Position numbers and translations under genes: made by a program
Origin: an uncultured Gammaproteobacteria bacterium
GTDB taxonomy: Bacteria > Patescibacteriota > Patescibacteriia > SBBC01 > CAIJZX01
Assembly: GCA_964383765.1 (NCBI GenBank)
Contig: CAYLHT010000006.1
Span: 1 to 58,764, forward strand
Direction of reading: 5' to 3'
Length of the DNA stretch: 58,764 bases
The notes under the pieces: generated by a model
The model's database searches: none
The model's input: only the letters and a program-made list of their open reading frames with translations
Told to the model about the DNA's origin: nothing
Part shown: in pieces, positions 18,386 through 27,914 of the stretch
Numbering within the stretch: the first letter of the stretch is position 1
Layout: every line of letters starts with the position of its first letter

Positions 18386-19130
18386 GCTGAGCGGCGAACA
18401 GCGGGTCGGTCCGCAGGCCAGATCGATGCAGGCCGTACCGCCATAACACGCCGAGAATGCTGAGCCCGTAGTTCACGCTGGCCCACCAGCCGATACTCGA
18501 GGCATCTTTGAAGTATTTAGTCGGGATCGGTGTTTCACGGATCCGGAATCCCGCGTGTTTGAGTTGGACAATGATTTCAGTATCAAACACGAAATTGTCG
18601 GAATTATGCTCAAACGAAATTGATTCGAGCACGGCCCGGCTGTAGGCCCGAAAACCGGAGTGGTATTCGCTCAAATCTAGCCCCAGCACCCAGTTGGCGA
18701 CTGCGGTCAGCCCAACATTTGCCGCATACTTCCACCACGGCATGCCGCCGGCCAATGCACCACCATGAATCAACATGCGCGATCCGAAGGCGGCATCGGC
18801 CTGGCCGGAACTGATCAACCCGACCAGTTGCGCCGTATAGTGCGGGTCGTATTGATGGTCCGGGTGAATCATGATGACAATGTCGGCACCATCTGACAAA
18901 GCGGCGGCGTAACACGTCTTTTGGTTTCCGCCGTAACCACGATTGCGGTCGTGGACGATGGTCGTTAGTCCCAACTGGCGGCTGATAGCAACCGTTTGAT
19001 CTTGGCTATGGTCATCGACCAGGATAATTTCATCGACGATCTCGGACGGAATATCAGCCACGGTTTGGACCAAGGTCTTGGCGGCATTATAGGCCGGTAA
19101 GACGGCGATGACTTTTTTCCCGTCAATCAT
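18375..19130 (-). CDS. family 2 glycosyltransferase (polyprenol-phosphate sugar synthase-like)
   Basis: VIAVLPAYNAAKTL...ILVDDHSQDQT...GYGGNQK, with a C-terminal amphipathic/TM region. Confidence 0.75.
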   Translation of the reverse strand: MIDGKKVIAVLPAYNAAKTLVQTVADIPSEIVDEIILVDDHSQDQTVAISRQLGLTTIVHDRNRGYGGNQKTCYAAALSDGADIVIMIHPDHQYDPHYTAQLVGLISSGQADAAFGSRMLIHGGALAGGMPWWKYAANVGLTAVANWVLGLDLSEYHSGFRAYSRAVLESISFEHNSDNFVFDTEIIVQLKHAGFRIRETPIPTKYFKDASSIGWWASVNYGLSILGVLWRYGLHRSGLRTDPLFAAQHVG

Positions 19131-19218
19131 GGGTTCAGTATCGTTTGGGGTAAGCGTTCAGTTCAACCTAGTCAGTCTGAGTATACATGCCGGATCAGAA
19201 AAAAGCAGGTCAGCCGCT

Positions 19219-20829
19219 TCACTGATCATGCCTCAAATCGAAAACCTGAGCATCCATATTCACGTATACCAGACGGGCGGAAAAACCTCCTTGTCGAATG
19301 ATTGCCTGGGCCGCCTGGTCAGTGCCGCGAACCATCAAGAAATCGAGGTGGTGGCGGTCAATAAATGCTTGGGTTTGAAAACCTGAACCGGGTGTAAAAA
19401 ACTGTTGCAGGTTGTGAATTTTTTCTCCAGAATCGGAGCCAGACAAATCACTGTGCCCAAAGTAGACCCGCCGGCCGCTCCAGCCTGGCAACAGGTTGCC
19501 GTCGTAACCTTCGGCCAGAATGGCTGCGCTCTCGGGAGTGTGATCCCGAATCCAATCATAGGCCTGGGTCACGCCGCTTGGGATAAACATCGGTTCTGAC
19601 GCGATCCGCGCCAGCCGAAGATCGGTTGCAATGTGGGTAGGCCCGGTGACAACTAGGAAAAATGTTGTCAGCCCAGCTAATCCTATCCCGACAACATATC
19701 GAACCGTGACAGATTGTATGATGTGCGACAGTGCTTGCCAAATTGCCCTGACCCCGTATCCACCCACGATCGCCAACGGGAGCAACCAACCTTCTTCCAT
19801 CCGGCGTTGATACGGAAAGTTCGGGAGGTAGAGCAAGATCGGAACAACCAGGACCCAGGAGACCATCAACCAAGCACCCGGACTTGGATAGCGTTTGATC
19901 AGTCGCTTGATGCCGGTCAGGGCCAGGATGAATGGAATTCCAAACGCCGGCACATACCACCACCACTGCGGCGAGAGCGTCACGTTTGAGGCCGCCCAGC
20001 CTCGCAACGCTGGTTGGGCGTTAAAGATCAGCCGCTGTGTCACCAGTACCAGTCCAGCCGGGACGAGCACCGCGGCAACGTGACGGAGGTAGTCGATGGC
20101 CTGCGGCGGTGTCCAGCCGCGGTCAAACAAAATTCGAACGATCACGCCGACGACGAGCGTGCCGCCGATAATAAAGGTATCGTACGGATGAATGAAGGCG
20201 AGCAGCGCCACAAGCAGAGCCGCGCCCCACATTCGGCTACGATGAACGAAACTCGTGCAGAATAACCAGATGGCGCCCAACATCAGACACAGGGCCATAA
20301 TGAAGAGTGGGTTGTGGTACAGCGTCAAGAACAATGATGATTCCGGGATCCAGCGGTCGGCTGCTAGTGATAACCCTTGGAGAGGGAGGTGCACGGCTAT
20401 CAACACTCCGAAACCGGTGGTGATCAACGTACCGATCCAGGTCACATCACGTTGCCAACCGGGCGCGACCACCAAAGCGATGCACTGATAGATCAACCAC
20501 ATCAACACGAGGCCAAGCACTACCCGCATGATCTGGTAGATGGCTGGTGTACTGACGTTCAGAAGATTGGCGAGTTGGCCAATCACAAACCATTGCGGAC
20601 TGAAGACGGCCGGTGTTTGGGGCACCGCGGTATACAGGTTTTCCATGACTAACTTACCCTCACGGCCCTGCTGAATGAACGAATAGTAGACGGGAATATC
20701 GCCGGTGGTGAGGTGAAATAACCCAGTTGGAGTGTCGCCACTGTCGGTTCGCCAGGCAGACAGGTACGGCCAAGTCATCACGAGTGACAATGTCACCGCC
20801 ATGGCTGACAAAATAATTTTATGCCGCAT
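19219..20829 (-). CDS. large polytopic membrane protein, putative GT-C glycosyltransferase
   Basis: ORF 19219..20958 trimmed to MRHKIILS... so that it no longer overlaps the upstream gene by 120 nt. Many TM helices plus a C-terminal soluble domain. Confidence 0.45.
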   Translation of the reverse strand: MRHKIILSAMAVTLSLVMTWPYLSAWRTDSGDTPTGLFHLTTGDIPVYYSFIQQGREGKLVMENLYTAVPQTPAVFSPQWFVIGQLANLLNVSTPAIYQIMRVVLGLVLMWLIYQCIALVVAPGWQRDVTWIGTLITTGFGVLIAVHLPLQGLSLAADRWIPESSLFLTLYHNPLFIMALCLMLGAIWLFCTSFVHRSRMWGAALLVALLAFIHPYDTFIIGGTLVVGVIVRILFDRGWTPPQAIDYLRHVAAVLVPAGLVLVTQRLIFNAQPALRGWAASNVTLSPQWWWYVPAFGIPFILALTGIKRLIKRYPSPGAWLMVSWVLVVPILLYLPNFPYQRRMEEGWLLPLAIVGGYGVRAIWQALSHIIQSVTVRYVVGIGLAGLTTFFLVVTGPTHIATDLRLARIASEPMFIPSGVTQAYDWIRDHTPESAAILAEGYDGNLLPGWSGRRVYFGHSDLSGSDSGEKIHNLQQFFTPGSGFQTQAFIDRHHLDFLMVRGTDQAAQAIIRQGGFSARLVYVNMDAQVFDLRHDQ

Positions 20830-20837
20830 ACCAAAAC

Positions 20838-21572
20838 CTATGCCCGTGGACCTGCTGCCAAGCGTCCCCGTAGACGCCAGACAGGCCCCACAAAATCCTT
20901 GAAAATCTTTCTGAGGTTGACTGTGCTCTGCCGAGTGGCTGTCCTTGTTTCTACCCACTCGACTGGAATTTCACGCACGCGCAGGCCGAGACGTTCAGCC
21001 CAGGCTAAAAGTTCAGTGTCAAAAATCCAATTATTTTCAACGGTCAATGGCAAGATGCGCTGCGCGGCCTGCTGACTGACGGCTTTAAAACCGCACTGGG
21101 CATCGCGGGTCCGAAGCCGAATAATCATTTTCGTCAAAAGATTGTATCCAACAGACGTCAGGCTGCGTAGGAATGTCCGTTGCACCTTGGCCCCGGGCGC
21201 ATACCTGGAGCCGGTCGCGACATCGGCTCGTCCCGAAGTTATTGCCTCAATAATTGGTGGGATGGCTTTCAGGTCGACCGCCAAGTCGACGTCCTGATAC
21301 AAACTGACGTCATACGCTTGTTGTCCCCAGACGGTTCGCAGCGCTCGGCCGCGGCCTTTGGCGTCAAGTCGAAAGTATTTCAATCGCGGTTCCTGAGCTT
21401 GCAAGTGCTGAACCACGGCTCGGCTGTCATCCGTCGAGGCATTATCGACAACCATAATTTCCCAATCGTAGCTCATCATGTTGTCATGCAGAAATTTTGC
21501 CAAGGTTGAGATGCTCCAGGGTAACACCTTGGCTTCATTATAGGCCGGTAGCAGAAAGAGTACCCTGGTCAT
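20838..21572 (-). CDS. family 2 glycosyltransferase
   Basis: Trimmed to MTRVLFLLPAYNEAKVL..., whose ATG overlaps the upstream stop (ATGA). VVDNASTDDS and DVDLAVD (DxD) motifs. Confidence 0.75.
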   Translation of the reverse strand: MTRVLFLLPAYNEAKVLPWSISTLAKFLHDNMMSYDWEIMVVDNASTDDSRAVVQHLQAQEPRLKYFRLDAKGRGRALRTVWGQQAYDVSLYQDVDLAVDLKAIPPIIEAITSGRADVATGSRYAPGAKVQRTFLRSLTSVGYNLLTKMIIRLRTRDAQCGFKAVSQQAAQRILPLTVENNWIFDTELLAWAERLGLRVREIPVEWVETRTATRQSTVNLRKIFKDFVGPVWRLRGRLAAGPRA

Positions 21573-22837
21573 GCAAATTTCCGGCGAGAACGAAATACCC
21601 ACCACACGAACCAGGCGAGCACGATCAGGTTGATCATCGCCGCTGTGCCACCACCCGTTTGATTGGGTAAAATCAGTTGATTTGTTTGATGTGACCGCAT
21701 CAAGACCATCACCAGGTTCCAGGTGAAGGTTACTCCCAACACTCCCCATATCCACCTGATCGGTTTGTACGTCGGCAGTAACGGCAAGGCCAGCGCAAAA
21801 AACGGAAACAGGTAGCGTTCGTGCATCTCGGTTGGCAACATGAAAAAGGCCAGCGCTAAGAAAGCAGCCGCTACCCAGAGGCCATCAGCCGACTTCACTT
21901 GCGACCGCCACCAGACCACATAACCCACGGCCGCGAAGAATAGGGCAAAGCCAAAGAGCACCAGCGGCAAGCCCAAGAATGTTTGCAAATCAGAGCGGAT
22001 ACGTTGTCCGCCGCCGCCGATCAACCACCAGAGGTTGTATGCATTCAACGAAAGTCGCTGGTACGAACCGACGGCCCCGGCGATGACTCCGAGCACATTA
22101 ACGAGTTGCCCGGTTACGAGGAATGGGAGGTTGAGGACAATCGCCGTTCCAAAACCAGCCCCGAGCGACTTGATCAATTGGCGATGATGCCGAGCTAGCT
22201 CCATCACCAGGAGTGGTAACAGAATTATACTTTGCATTTTAAAGAAGAAAGCGATGGTGAAGGCCATCGTCGCTAGCGCGAAGCGACGTTGGGTCATGAA
22301 CCAGACCGTGAGGACCATAAAGAATGTGTTGATGGCATCAATTTGCCCCCAGACGGCCGAGTCAATCACCGCGACGGGCAGAAATGCATACAGTCCGGCC
22401 CCCAGTAGTGCCCAGCGCTCGCCCGACCGGCGTTTGATAATCCAGGCCAGCAGCAGCACGGTTGCGCCGTCAAAGAGCATCGCCGGGATTTTATAGATCA
22501 GGGATGACGTCGGACCTGTTTGGTTTCCGGGTACAACCCACCGCCGGATAGTTTCGGACGTCCAGAGAACATACAAATATGGGGGGAGGTAGTTCGGCTG
22601 CAGGATGAAGGGGTATTGGGGCGGACCTGGTGGGTGTCGGTACATGTCGACCACGCCGCCTTGTTTTCCGTAGTACCCCCAAATCCGCCACAGCTCCATG
22701 TCTCCCTGGTGTTCGAGTTTCGTCTGTGGGGCTAGGACTAATCGCACACTCAGAGCGGCTAGAACGATTGCGCCCAGAATCCATCGATACCGTCGAATGG
22801 TCGGTTGGGGTGATGAGATGTGATCTTGGTCGGTCAT
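21569..22837 (-). CDS. polytopic membrane protein, putative GT-C (GT87/DUF2029-like) glycosyltransferase
   Basis: 422 aa with more than 9 TM helices, translationally coupled on both sides. The family call is tentative. Confidence 0.4.
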   Translation of the reverse strand: MTDQDHISSPQPTIRRYRWILGAIVLAALSVRLVLAPQTKLEHQGDMELWRIWGYYGKQGGVVDMYRHPPGPPQYPFILQPNYLPPYLYVLWTSETIRRWVVPGNQTGPTSSLIYKIPAMLFDGATVLLLAWIIKRRSGERWALLGAGLYAFLPVAVIDSAVWGQIDAINTFFMVLTVWFMTQRRFALATMAFTIAFFFKMQSIILLPLLVMELARHHRQLIKSLGAGFGTAIVLNLPFLVTGQLVNVLGVIAGAVGSYQRLSLNAYNLWWLIGGGGQRIRSDLQTFLGLPLVLFGFALFFAAVGYVVWWRSQVKSADGLWVAAAFLALAFFMLPTEMHERYLFPFFALALPLLPTYKPIRWIWGVLGVTFTWNLVMVLMRSHQTNQLILPNQTGGGTAAMINLIVLAWFVWWVFRSRRKFA

Positions 22838-24486
22838 GTTCTTTTTGCTTGGTACACAACGACTTCATCATCACGGTACACTTGATGAAAGTCGGAGCTG
22901 GACTGGAACTCTTCATCCATCGCCTGGTGACCGCTCGCGACCAAGACATATTGGCTCCCGAGCTTCCTCGTCACCGCGTCATACAAATTACCTTTAAACT
23001 TGCCCAGGGTGATATTCGCCCACGTCCAATAGGTATCCGGATCCGCTTTGTACAAAAAAGTTGGATCCAGACCGGCGATATACGTGTTATGACTGTCCAC
23101 GTAAAACAGCACCGGGAACTCGTCCCAGTCCGAATGCACAATCCGGCTACCCGGAGGGGTGTTCAACGCTAACCACGTGCCAACGGGCTGGAATTTGTTC
23201 AAGGCAAAACCTTGGCGCAGGTCGTTGCGTTCGTTATAAAAGTCCCGGCCGACAATATAGCCCAGGCCGAACAGGATGTAGGCAGCCAGCAGCGCTCCCA
23301 CGATACGCCGCCAACCCGGTCGGAAGAGCTTGCTCAGCTCCCGCCAAAGTTGCCGATTCGGCAGTGATTGGAGGCCATCCGAGATGGCAAAGGCACTAAA
23401 GATAACTGCGGTTGGGATATAGTACTCGACGTAACGACGCGACTTCAGGGTCAGCAGGAAAAAGAAGATGGTGAGAACCAGAAGCGCCCAGGTCTGCTTT
23501 GATTGCTGTTTCATTCGAAACACAATTGCGAGCACGGCCAATAACATCAGCAATGAGGCGATCGCTCCGTTCGCGACTAAGTTGCCGAAACCGTAGGGGT
23601 ACCACTCAGCCCCAACGCCGATCACGCGTTGGAAATTGATGATCCCAATATTGACGACTTGGTGCCAGTAGAACATCAGGTTGTGTGGGAAGTAGACATT
23701 GATCACCAGCCCGGCCAGTAATCCACCCGCCACCGTGGCCAGCATCTCCAAATTCAGGCGTCGTGCGCGGCCACGTCGAAGATGGCGACCGATCAGACTA
23801 AAAACTTTTTCCACGTACCGGTGGCTCGCAATTCGATGATAGCGATTGTACAACCAACTGGTACCGGAAGACACCGCCGCCGCGACACCGAGGAGTGGCC
23901 AGCCGCCGTAATACCAGACATAGGCAAAGGCTAAGACAAATAGGCGCCGTAACCGATACTGGAAAATCCAGGTTAATCCCACGAACAAAAAAATCAACGA
24001 GGTGCTTGGTGCTTTCGCTAAGGAAACTCTGAAGGTAAACGGGCGAATCATCAACAGTAGCACAATAAAAACAAACGCCCAACGAATTTTAAACTGGCGC
24101 AGCATCCAATACAACACGGTCAACAACGTGGAACCGAAAAAAACCGTGGCCAGCTTCAATCCAATGAGTGGCGGCAGCCAAGTGACAAACGGAATTAGTA
24201 GGACGTGGTACAAAAAATGCTGGTCAGTGTAGTTTTGACCGAGGACCGTCAGCTTCAGCCAGATAAAATCGTGAATCGGACCCTGATCTCGAATCAGGAG
24301 CGCCATTTTGGCGTGGTAGAAGGAGTCCGGATCAGCAAAGTAGGGTGAGGCTTGCAACGTTAAGAGCACCACAAAGGCGATCGCGAAGATGATCAGGTAG
24401 GATAGCCACGGCCACTCCTCATGCCAGTACCTCCAGAACAACGAAGCTCCTGATTTCATGCTCAAAGTATACCAAAAGTTGGTCAA
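22834..24486 (-). CDS. polytopic membrane protein, putative GT-C transferase with C-terminal soluble domain
   Basis: YFADPDSFYHAKMAL acidic first-loop motif, many TM helices, first gene of the minus-strand cluster. Confidence 0.4.
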   Translation of the reverse strand: MTNFWYTLSMKSGASLFWRYWHEEWPWLSYLIIFAIAFVVLLTLQASPYFADPDSFYHAKMALLIRDQGPIHDFIWLKLTVLGQNYTDQHFLYHVLLIPFVTWLPPLIGLKLATVFFGSTLLTVLYWMLRQFKIRWAFVFIVLLLMIRPFTFRVSLAKAPSTSLIFLFVGLTWIFQYRLRRLFVLAFAYVWYYGGWPLLGVAAAVSSGTSWLYNRYHRIASHRYVEKVFSLIGRHLRRGRARRLNLEMLATVAGGLLAGLVINVYFPHNLMFYWHQVVNIGIINFQRVIGVGAEWYPYGFGNLVANGAIASLLMLLAVLAIVFRMKQQSKQTWALLVLTIFFFLLTLKSRRYVEYYIPTAVIFSAFAISDGLQSLPNRQLWRELSKLFRPGWRRIVGALLAAYILFGLGYIVGRDFYNERNDLRQGFALNKFQPVGTWLALNTPPGSRIVHSDWDEFPVLFYVDSHNTYIAGLDPTFLYKADPDTYWTWANITLGKFKGNLYDAVTRKLGSQYVLVASGHQAMDEEFQSSSDFHQVYRDDEVVVYQAKRT

Positions 24487-24750
24487 TTCGTTGATTCGTC
24501 ACCCTTCGTAGCCATTTGTAGGCAAAGTGAACTCCTGCCCAAGCATGGTTGGCAGGAATTCGACTTGATCGAGTTGAATTTCGTAGGCCGCAGACGATCT
24601 GCCGCGGTCTAGTGTCCGTACTCTAGCAAAGGGTTATGCACAAATCAAGACCGGACAAAACTTTCCTTTGCTGAGTTGACCAAAAGCGAAAAATTTGGTA
24701 GATTGGCAACAGGTTTTTGCCTGCGCTGAGCGAAAAACACGCCTTCATGT

Positions 24751-24914
24751 TCCCGTTAGAGGTGGTCAAATCAATTCGATTATTTCAACTCAACGCTGTG
24801 AGCACTTTGGTCAATCTTCAGTGGGGACGGGCCCGTGTGTGGTAGCTGCTTGGCATGTCTAACGACCCATACAGGCTAGACAAGTTGCTTAATTTATAAT
24901 CCACCTCTAACGGG
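24751..24914. mobile_element. MITE-like element copy 1 (164 bp) inserted at the yebC start codon
   Basis: Perfect terminal inverted repeat TCCCGTTAGAGGTGG ... CCACCTCTAACGGG(A). Flanked by ATGT (24747-24750) and ATGT (24915-24918). Confidence 0.7.
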
Positions 24915-25637
24915 ATGTCGGGTCATTCCAAGTGGTCAACCATCAAACGTCAGAAAGCGGTCACTGATGCCCGCCGTTCGGCCGTCTTTACCAAGTACGG
25001 ACGGTTGATTAGCGTCGCCGCACGTCAGGGCGGAGCAGATCCGGCTACAAATTTTCGTTTACGCCTGGCGATTGATAAGGCCAAGGCCGCAAATTTGCCT
25101 AATTCCAACATTGACCGCGCCATTCAAGCTGGAAGTGGTGCCGGAAATGAAGGTCAGAGCAAGGATGTCGTGTACGAAGGCTTTGGTCCGGGCGGGGCGG
25201 CAGTCATGGTTGAGGCCATTACCGACAATCCCAACCGCACCGCCTCTGAAGTCCGGCAAACGTTCACCAAACATGGCGGGTCGATGGGTGGTCAAAACAG
25301 CGTGGGCTGGATGTTCACCAGTAAAGGCGTGATAACCCTCCCCACCTTGTCAGTCACAGCCGACCGTGATCAATTTCAGCTCGACGCCATTGATGCCGGG
25401 GCCGAAGATGTCCGAATGGATGATGACCACATCACCATCATTGCAGCACCAGATCACGTACAAGCGATGAAGGACTGGTTGTCTGATCGAAAACTTGATC
25501 AAGCGACAGTTGAATTGACGTTAGTGCCGACCTCAACCACCACGCTCTCCCCCGCTGATCAAGACAAACATTACGGACTCATGTCGGCGCTCGATGATTT
25601 GGATGATGTCACGAATGTCATCAGTAACGATGTCTAA
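24915..25637 (+). CDS. yebC: YebC/PmpR family DNA-binding transcriptional regulator
   Basis: MSGHSKWSTIKRQKAVTDARRSAVFTK... is the canonical YebC N-terminus. Confidence 0.9.
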   Translation: MSGHSKWSTIKRQKAVTDARRSAVFTKYGRLISVAARQGGADPATNFRLRLAIDKAKAANLPNSNIDRAIQAGSGAGNEGQSKDVVYEGFGPGGAAVMVEAITDNPNRTASEVRQTFTKHGGSMGGQNSVGWMFTSKGVITLPTLSVTADRDQFQLDAIDAGAEDVRMDDDHITIIAAPDHVQAMKDWLSDRKLDQATVELTLVPTSTTTLSPADQDKHYGLMSALDDLDDVTNVISNDV

Positions 25638-26124
25638 ACCGCAACGCACCTTCGGGATTGATCCGGGTCTGGCGACCCTCGGTTGGGCGGTGATTGAATC
25701 TGCGCATGGCCAAGTACAACTGATTGAGTGCGGTGCGATTACCACACCGGCTGGTAATCCAATTGAGCATCGCTTGCAACAACTACATGATGACCTGCTG
25801 GCTTTAATCAAACAATTCCAACCAGATCAAGTCTCCATGGAAAAACTTTTGTTCACGAAGAACGTCAGTTCAGCTATGGCCGTCGGCCAAGCCCGCGGCG
25901 TCGCGACACTGGCCGTCTCGGAAGCGGGTATGCCACTGGTCGAGTTTACCCCGACAGCGATTAAACTCAGCGTGACCGGCGACGGACGAGCAGATAAGCG
26001 TCAAATTCAGCAGATGCTCAAGTTGTTGTTGAAGGTGAAAACGCTGCCAAGGAACGACGACACCACCGACGCAGTCGCGATTGCTTTGTGTGGTGCGCAG
26101 ACCCATAATTTTTCTGAGGCATGA
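25630..26124 (+). CDS. ruvC: crossover junction endodeoxyribonuclease RuvC
   Basis: Trimmed to MSKPQRTFGIDPGLATLGWAVIE. C-terminal DTTDAVAIAL acidic motif. Confidence 0.85.
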   Translation: MSKPQRTFGIDPGLATLGWAVIESAHGQVQLIECGAITTPAGNPIEHRLQQLHDDLLALIKQFQPDQVSMEKLLFTKNVSSAMAVGQARGVATLAVSEAGMPLVEFTPTAIKLSVTGDGRADKRQIQQMLKLLLKVKTLPRNDDTTDAVAIALCGAQTHNFSEA

Positions 26125-26289
26125 TCCCGTTAGAGATTCGCGCTAAGAAAATGATGATACTCTACAATCAACCCAGTCAGTGTACACAATCCCCCGGGCT
26201 GATGGGCTCATGTGACGAATCATGGTTCGCGGGTAGGCGCCGGGCAACCCGGGGTCCAAGTATAACTATTTTATGGAATCTCTAACGGG
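26125..26289. mobile_element. MITE-like element copy 2 (165 bp) between ruvC stop and glgA start
   Basis: Perfect TIR TCCCGTTAGAGATTC ... GAATCTCTAACGGG(A). Flanked by ATGA (26121-26124, containing the ruvC stop) and ATGA (26290-26293, containing the glgA start). Confidence 0.7.
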
Positions 26290-27753
26290 ATGAAACCGCT
26301 CCACATCGCGATTCTAGCGGCTGAAGTAGCGCCGTTTTCTAAGGTTGGGGGCTTGGCCGACGTGGCCCACGCCCTACCCAAGCACGTCGCCCGTCTGGGA
26401 CATCAGGTCAGCGTCGTCACACCGTACTACAAGTTTATGGATGAGCAAAACTTGCCAAAACAGCTGGTGGGCGAGGCCGTGGTCAAACTCGGCGGAAAAG
26501 ATTACCCAGTAAAATTCCTCAAAGTTCCGCTTGATCCGGATGTCGACGTGCCGCTGTACTTCGTGTATCAATCGGAGCTCTTCAGTTCACGTCCGAATGT
26601 CTATGGATACCCCGATGATGCGGTTCGCTTTGCCGTCTTTGACCGTGCCACTTTCCACTTGTTTGAGGTGCTCGGCCAAGCTCCTGACCTTATTCATTGT
26701 AACGATTGGCAGGCTGGTTTGGTTCCAAATTATTTAGATTCAGAATTCGGTAAACAAGATTTTTGGAAACATACGGCCACCGTGTTCACGATTCACAACT
26801 TGCCATTTCAAATGCAAGGCATGTGGTACGACGTGCCCGAAGACAAACGTGATCAGGGCCGCGGCGCGCCACCCGACGATGCGAAGAAATTAGCCACTAC
26901 GAATTTTACTTTGCGCGCGATCAAGCACGCCGACCTGATCAATACCGTCAGCGAACGCTACGCCGAGGAAATACTGACTAAGCAGTTCGGTGAAGGATTA
27001 GATGGTCACTTGCGGCGCCGGCGCGATCGTGTCTTCGGCATCATCAACGGTATTGACTACACGGTCTTCAACCCGAGTTTCGATCAACACCTATCCATTC
27101 ACTACGACTGGAACTCGCTCGATAAAAAACTCCAGAATAAGTTAGCGCTCCAGCGTGAGTTCGGTTTGACGGAGTCAGCCGATACACCCCTGGTTGGTCT
27201 GGTCCACCGCTTGACCGAGCAGAAAGGTTTTGATCTGATCATGGAAATTTTGCCGACGCTGTTGCGGCAACGGGTTCAAGTCATGGTCGTCGGTCACGGA
27301 CAAAAAGACTACATGAATTTTTTTCGAAGTATGGCCAAGAAATATCCCCAACAACTGGCCGCCCGATTAGAGTTCATGGAAGGTTCGCGTGTCTACGCCG
27401 GTTCAGATATGTTCTTGATGCCAAGTCGGTATGAACCCTGTGGCATTTCCCAGTTGATTAGTCTGCGCTACGGTTCGATCCCGATTGTGCACCGCACCGG
27501 CGGTTTGGCTGAAACCATTACGGATTTTGATCCCAAAACCGGCATCGGTACTGGTTTCGTGTTTGACACCTATTCCGGGCCGGACTTACTGATGGCGTTG
27601 ACGCGGGCGATTGAAACCTACAAATATCCGAAGGTCTGGGAGCATTTGACCTGGCAGGCCATGCGCCAATCATTCTCCTGGGAACTCCCGGCGCGCAAGT
27701 ACGTCGAACTCTACCAGCAGGCAGTCAAGGAACGTCGCGATGCTCCCGGTTAG
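26290..27753 (+). CDS. glgA: glycogen/starch synthase (GT5), copy 1
   Basis: MKPLHIAILAAEVAPFSKVGGLADV is the KVGGL motif. The last 3 codons plus the stop lie inside MITE-like copy 3. Confidence 0.85.
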   Translation: MKPLHIAILAAEVAPFSKVGGLADVAHALPKHVARLGHQVSVVTPYYKFMDEQNLPKQLVGEAVVKLGGKDYPVKFLKVPLDPDVDVPLYFVYQSELFSSRPNVYGYPDDAVRFAVFDRATFHLFEVLGQAPDLIHCNDWQAGLVPNYLDSEFGKQDFWKHTATVFTIHNLPFQMQGMWYDVPEDKRDQGRGAPPDDAKKLATTNFTLRAIKHADLINTVSERYAEEILTKQFGEGLDGHLRRRRDRVFGIINGIDYTVFNPSFDQHLSIHYDWNSLDKKLQNKLALQREFGLTESADTPLVGLVHRLTEQKGFDLIMEILPTLLRQRVQVMVVGHGQKDYMNFFRSMAKKYPQQLAARLEFMEGSRVYAGSDMFLMPSRYEPCGISQLISLRYGSIPIVHRTGGLAETITDFDPKTGIGTGFVFDTYSGPDLLMALTRAIETYKYPKVWEHLTWQAMRQSFSWELPARKYVELYQQAVKERRDAPG

Positions 27754-27914
27754 AGGTTGGTGTGTTTGAATTTCGGGTTTATACTCAACCATAATGTCAC
27801 AAATCACATCTCGTGCGGGAATCGCATGGGCTCATGCCCACGGGTCAAGCGCCGATGTTCGGCCAACTCTAGCCGGGCCGGAAGTCATAGATGTATCTCA
27901 CAACCTTTAACGGG
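27744..27914. mobile_element. MITE-like element copy 3 (171 bp) between glgA and the GH57 gene
   Basis: TIR TCCCGGTTAGAGGTTG ... CAACCTTTAACGGG(A), with one indel and one mismatch. Flanked by ATGC (27740-27743) and ATGC (27915-27918). Confidence 0.65.

Noticed and set aside
24487-24746. The intergenic region upstream of MITE-like copy 1, scanned for tRNA or riboswitch features
   Set aside because: It contains only a plausible promoter (TTGACC-17-TAGATT at about 24688-24716) and simple hairpins. No cloverleaf or known riboswitch core was recognisable.
26185-26225. CTGATGG...GAA in MITE-like copy 2, which resembles a hammerhead ribozyme core
   Set aside because: The CUGAUGA box is imperfect. 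No helix II/III arrangement or GAAA box lies at the right spacing. The motif is not shared by the other two copies.
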